From assembly GCA_900617105.1 (NCBI GenBank), contig UYFQ01000798.1, positions 1 to 39,910 on the forward strand: a DNA stretch of 39,910 nucleotides. Direction: 5' to 3'. Origin of the DNA: Hydrurus foetidus. Its lineage: Eukaryota. The position numbers and the translations under genes were made by a program. The notes below the pieces were generated by a model. The model worked only from the letters and a program-made list of their open reading frames with translations. It did not search any database and had not been told where the DNA came from. Below, in pieces: positions 35,480 to 39,910 of the stretch; the first letter of the stretch is position 1, and every line of letters begins with the position of its first letter.

Positions 35480-36448
35480 CCTAGAGCTTGGAAACTTTAC
35501 TAGAACCTCAAGATCGTCTGGGGGTGTCGGGGTTTCTCTGAGCAGCGATACTCTGAGCAGTACCACAAATCACCAATCCCCCACCCTTTAATTATCATCT
35601 CCTGAATTTGTGGTGTCAGCGATCAGCGGCAGTTCATCCACTGAACTCACGTATGCCGTACATCTCAGTCTACACTGCTGTATACTGTGTACTGTCAGAT
35701 AGATATGGAATACTGTACTGTACAGCAAGAGTAATATATAGTATCTGATATGGGATATCTTATATGTCATTTTAACTGTACTGTAATACAGTAAAGTAAA
35801 TATACTTTGATTAAACTGTTCAGAAACATTGAGATGGTGGAGGTGACCACGATGATAGACGCAAAATAATTGATATCTACAATTAGAGCATACAATATAA
35901 CCGGATTCAGGTATCATGTAATGCGGGCAGCAGAGAAAATACTAGTATTGATGATTTTAAAATTGTGGACCATAAACAATGTTTGTTCACTGAGGTATGA
36001 GATAAGGTGCCTGGGGTGACCGATTTTGCCCAAGCTTTCGGCAATGAAGTGAATTACTTCATTGATATTTTACAAATAAATCTTCAAAGTAATTGCGTCT
36101 AACGGAGAAAAGGGGTCTTATCTGTAATGTGCTGCGGGCAGTATGCATGTTGACGACTGACGACAGAGACTGCCGAAGAGATACCGCAGAAATTTGGAAT
36201 TTGCAACGGTCCCCAGTCCTGGTCCTGCCAAGCCCCAAAGAGATTGCTGCGCTATACTCGACACCCCTTCTACCAATGATTTGATAACCTTATGACTTAT
36301 GAACCATTATGCCGCTATAGTCCATCTCACTGTACCTTGCTGCTGTCAGTGTCAGAAAGAAGCCCGCAGCAGTGCACTGTCTTTCCGCTGTGGGTTACAG
36401 TATTTCAACTTGAAGTGAAATTCCAGCTGCGGCGACATCTTTGGTGAG

Positions 36449-39400
36449 ATGATTGCAGATAAACGTAAGACACTTGAAATCGCGAAGGTGAAGGGACAAC
36501 GCGTACCGTCGTATTCGAACAAATTTGTTAATAGTGAAACCCGCTACAGACTTGAGCATCTCGTCGCTCCTCATGTCGACAGTTTCAATTACTTTCTGGA
36601 GTTTGGGCTGTCACAATCAATTGCAGACTTACCAGCCATGGAATTCAATGTCGAAGACGGTCCCAATATAAAGATACAATTTACAGACGCGCAAATAAGT
36701 CATCCACAGAAGAACGACGACTTCTCAGCCACCAGTGACATGACCCCGAGAGAGGCCAGGGAACGAGGTGTCAGTTACGTCGGATGCCTTAAAGTGCATC
36801 TTGTCGTCGATGTCGAAGGTGTGCTAGAAAACCTTGGTTTCGTCTCCAAATTTGGTGATTTTCCCATCATGGTTAAATCGGATCGATGCCATCTTAAGGG
36901 CCTAAGTGCTCAGAAGCTGGTCAAATTGAAAGAGGAAGCCAACGAAATGGGAGGTTACTTTATCACAAATGGGATCGAGCGTGTAATTCGATTACTCCAA
37001 GTACCTAGAAGAAATTACGCCGCTGCTATTGAGAGAAACAGTTTTAAGAATAGAGGACCAGCATATTCAGATAAAGGTGTAGTGATGCGATGCGTGCGAC
37101 CAGACCAGTCTTCTGTCACGATCACCCTCCACTATCTTGTGAATGGTGGAGCAACACTGAAGTTCGTAGCTCGAAAACAGGAATTTCTTCTTCCTGTCGT
37201 CATTGTTGCAAAGGCCCTCTGCGAAATCACAGATAAGGAGCTGTTTGATAGGGTGGTGCAGGGAGACCACGACAACACCTTCATGACAACTCGTTTAGAA
37301 CTGCTGCTTAGAGATGCGAAGCAATACGGAATATTCAGCAGGACAGAATGTCTAGCGTTCTTAGGATCACATTTCAGACTATTCTTACCTATATCTGATC
37401 GCTGGACTGACGAGGAAGCTGGGAAACTGCTAGTTGAGCGGTACTTCTTCGTGCATGTGGAGTCCTTCTCATCCAAACTGGAATGTCTCTTGCACATGCT
37501 AAGAAAGATGTTCGCTTTCGCAGAAGGGAAATGCGCAACGGATAATGCAGACGCACTGATGAATCACGAATTACTGCTACCTGGGCATTTGATGAACATG
37601 TATTTGAAGGAGAAACTCGAAGAAGTGCTCACTAACATTCGACTACAGGTCACCAAAGAGTATCGCACTGACAAAACAAAATGTCTCGCCATGATGAAAT
37701 CAGGACCCTACTATCAGAAAATGTTTGATCGCTTTGGAGGGGGTATTGGAACTAAGATGGGGACCTTTTTAAGCACCGGCAATGTGGTGTCATCTACAGG
37801 ACTGGATCTCATGCAGGTTTCAGGATACACTATTGTGGCTGAACGATTGAACATATTCAGATACATGTCTCACTTTCAATCAGTGCATAGAGGACAGTTC
37901 TTCACGACTATGAAGACAACCACTGTGCGTAAGTTGCTACCTGAGTCATGGGGCTTTCTCTGCCCTGTACATACACCTGACGGATCGCCATGCGGACTGT
38001 TAAACCATTTAGCGAAGGAAGCTGTTATCATCTCTTTCCCCACTGCTGAAAGACTACCCACTACTCCACATGGACCCCTCAGAGCACCCGTAGGTGCACA
38101 CTTTGCCACGCACTGATACTTGTATTGAACTGACATTTATTATTCTGTGCATTTATCTTTTTGTCTTCAAAAGCGTAACCGTTCATGCCAACTGTACGAT
38201 GTTGTTCTGTTCTGTTCTGTTCTGTTCTGCTCTGTACTCATTCCAACAGCTATCAGTGCATTCCTACTGCTTTCTCAAGTATTCCTATCATCCATCGATC
38301 CTATCAACAGTTCACAATCCATCCAAGTATTCTCTTTCTATTCTTATGTACTCATGCCCTACTACGTACGTACTTCAGGTCCCGATAACAGAGATGACTG
38401 GGCACTGGACAAGTCGTTGAAGAAATTGCTGACGTCAGTGGGCGTCGTACCGACAGGAACAGGGGGAGGGGACGGGCAACTGATAATCGGTCCTGCATTT
38501 ATCCCTGTGCTGTTGGACGGTGTTGTATTCGGTGGCATGAAGGCGTCACGTGCTGATGATATAGTAGCGCAGTTACGAATCCTTAAAGTCACAGGGGGCA
38601 CTGACAGCAGCACTAGAATCGACCCTACAGCTGAGCTGGCGTACTTCCCCTACTCCAAACTGGGAGGTGTCTATCCTGGACTGTACATATTCACGGAGCC
38701 TGGTCGCATGATCAGACCTGTACTGCATTTAAAGACACGCTGTGTGGAGTGGATTGGACCGATGGAACAGGTCTTCATGGATATAGCTTGCCTAGCGGAG
38801 GATAAGAGAGCAGAGACCACACACATGGAGCTTGGACCCGGCATCATGCTCAGTCAAGTCGCATCAATGACACCTTTCAGGTTCGATTCATTTCATTCCG
38901 CTACCTTTTCATGCATCAATGATTACTCTACGAATCTTCCGTCTGATTGTCCCATCAAATCAAACATTTTCTGAAAGTGTTTTCACGCCTTCGTACTTCG
39001 TGTTTCTATGAATCTTTAGTGTGTGCTTCTTATTGTGTAAGTCTTTATAACTGTGCTTTACTGTACTGTACTGTACTGTGCTATACTGTACTGCAGTGCG
39101 CTGTGCCGTGCTGTACTGTACTGTGCTATACTGTACTGCAGTGTGCTGTGCCGTGCTGTACTGTCCTGAAATGGACTGGACTGGACTGGGCTGGACTGTA
39201 TTGATCTACACTGTACTGTGCTGTGCTGTACTGTACTGTACTGTATGGTACTGTACTGTACTGTGCGATACTGTGCTCTATTCTATGCGCTCTTACCCAC
39301 AATTCCACCATACAAGATTTACCACTTCTGATGTTCCTAAGCATGTACGCAAATCTCCATCCTGGTCTTCCTGTGAATGTTGCACCGACGCACTTATATT

Positions 39401-39521
39401 CTACTCCGGTTCGAGTATCCTAACCGCTAGTACTATATTTTTCACAACTGTTTTCCACTGATTTTGCAGCGACTATAATCAGAGTCCGAGGAACATGTAT
39501 CAGTGCCAGATGGGCAAGCAG
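36449..39521 (+). CDS. RPA2: DNA-directed RNA polymerase I second-largest subunit (RPA135/POLR1B), 5' part; continues beyond window
   Basis: [100 protein letters not shown]. Exons 36449-38093, 38379-38880 and 39470-39521 ([18 protein letters not shown]). Confidence 0.96.
39050..39280 (+). repeat. Pentanucleotide (TACTG/TGCTG/GACTG)n compound microsatellite in RPA2 intron 2
   Basis: Directly visible; the same class occurs at 5110-5180, 13396-13436, 14718-14830, 22341-22400, 22495-22526 and 24100-24200. Confidence 0.9.
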
Positions 39522-39910
39522 GTGAGATTTCCACTGATCTTAACTTCATCACTATCTTCATCCTTATCTTTGTCATTCTCCTCACCATCGTATTATACCC
39601 CTGTGACTGACAATATTTGATGACACACTGCTGCAAATATCCGCCTGAATTCAAATTGACAAGAAGTAAAGGCCTATGACGAGTTATTATTTTGCTCTCC
39701 TATTTCCTGTGATGAGAAACTACTACCGAGGCACACACACTTTACTCTTCTTCTCCCCTTTCCTCCCTCTTTTTCTCCCTTTCTCTCTTCACTTTTTCAT
39801 TCCTTTTCTCTCCTCTTCTTCATCTCTCCACTCCTCTCCTCTTCTCCACTCCCTCCGATTCTCTGATCTCACCTTGTCGCATCTCTTCTATTCCCCTCTT
39901 ATCTTTTCTC

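Overview
Eukaryotic nuclear DNA (standard code, GT-AG introns, microsatellite-rich introns). It is probably from an ochrophyte/stramenopile alga, inferred from an ASAFAP-like plastid presequence. Bases 1-6.7 kb are a nest of transposons. A decayed PIF/Harbinger transposase (minus strand) has its upstream region interrupted by a 5.4-kb element with split direct repeats in the order A1 ... B1-A2-spacer-B2, the architecture of tyrosine-recombinase (PAT/Ngaro/TOC1-type) retrotransposons. Its repeats are ~99% identical but its coding content is decayed and I see no RT/RNase H. It appears to carry a further ~2.66-kb poly(A)-ended insert. The rest holds host genes: a 19-exon tandem double-domain phosphoglycerate mutase with a putative plastid presequence (7158-17183), a possible small 2-exon single-pass membrane protein (19118-19582), a ~26-exon GH2 LacZ-type beta-galactosidase (20884-33442), and a head-to-head pair of ribosome-biogenesis genes, IMP3 (minus) and RPA2/POLR1B (plus, running off the window). 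Exon models were assembled by hand from splice sites and reading-frame phase; no database searches were run.
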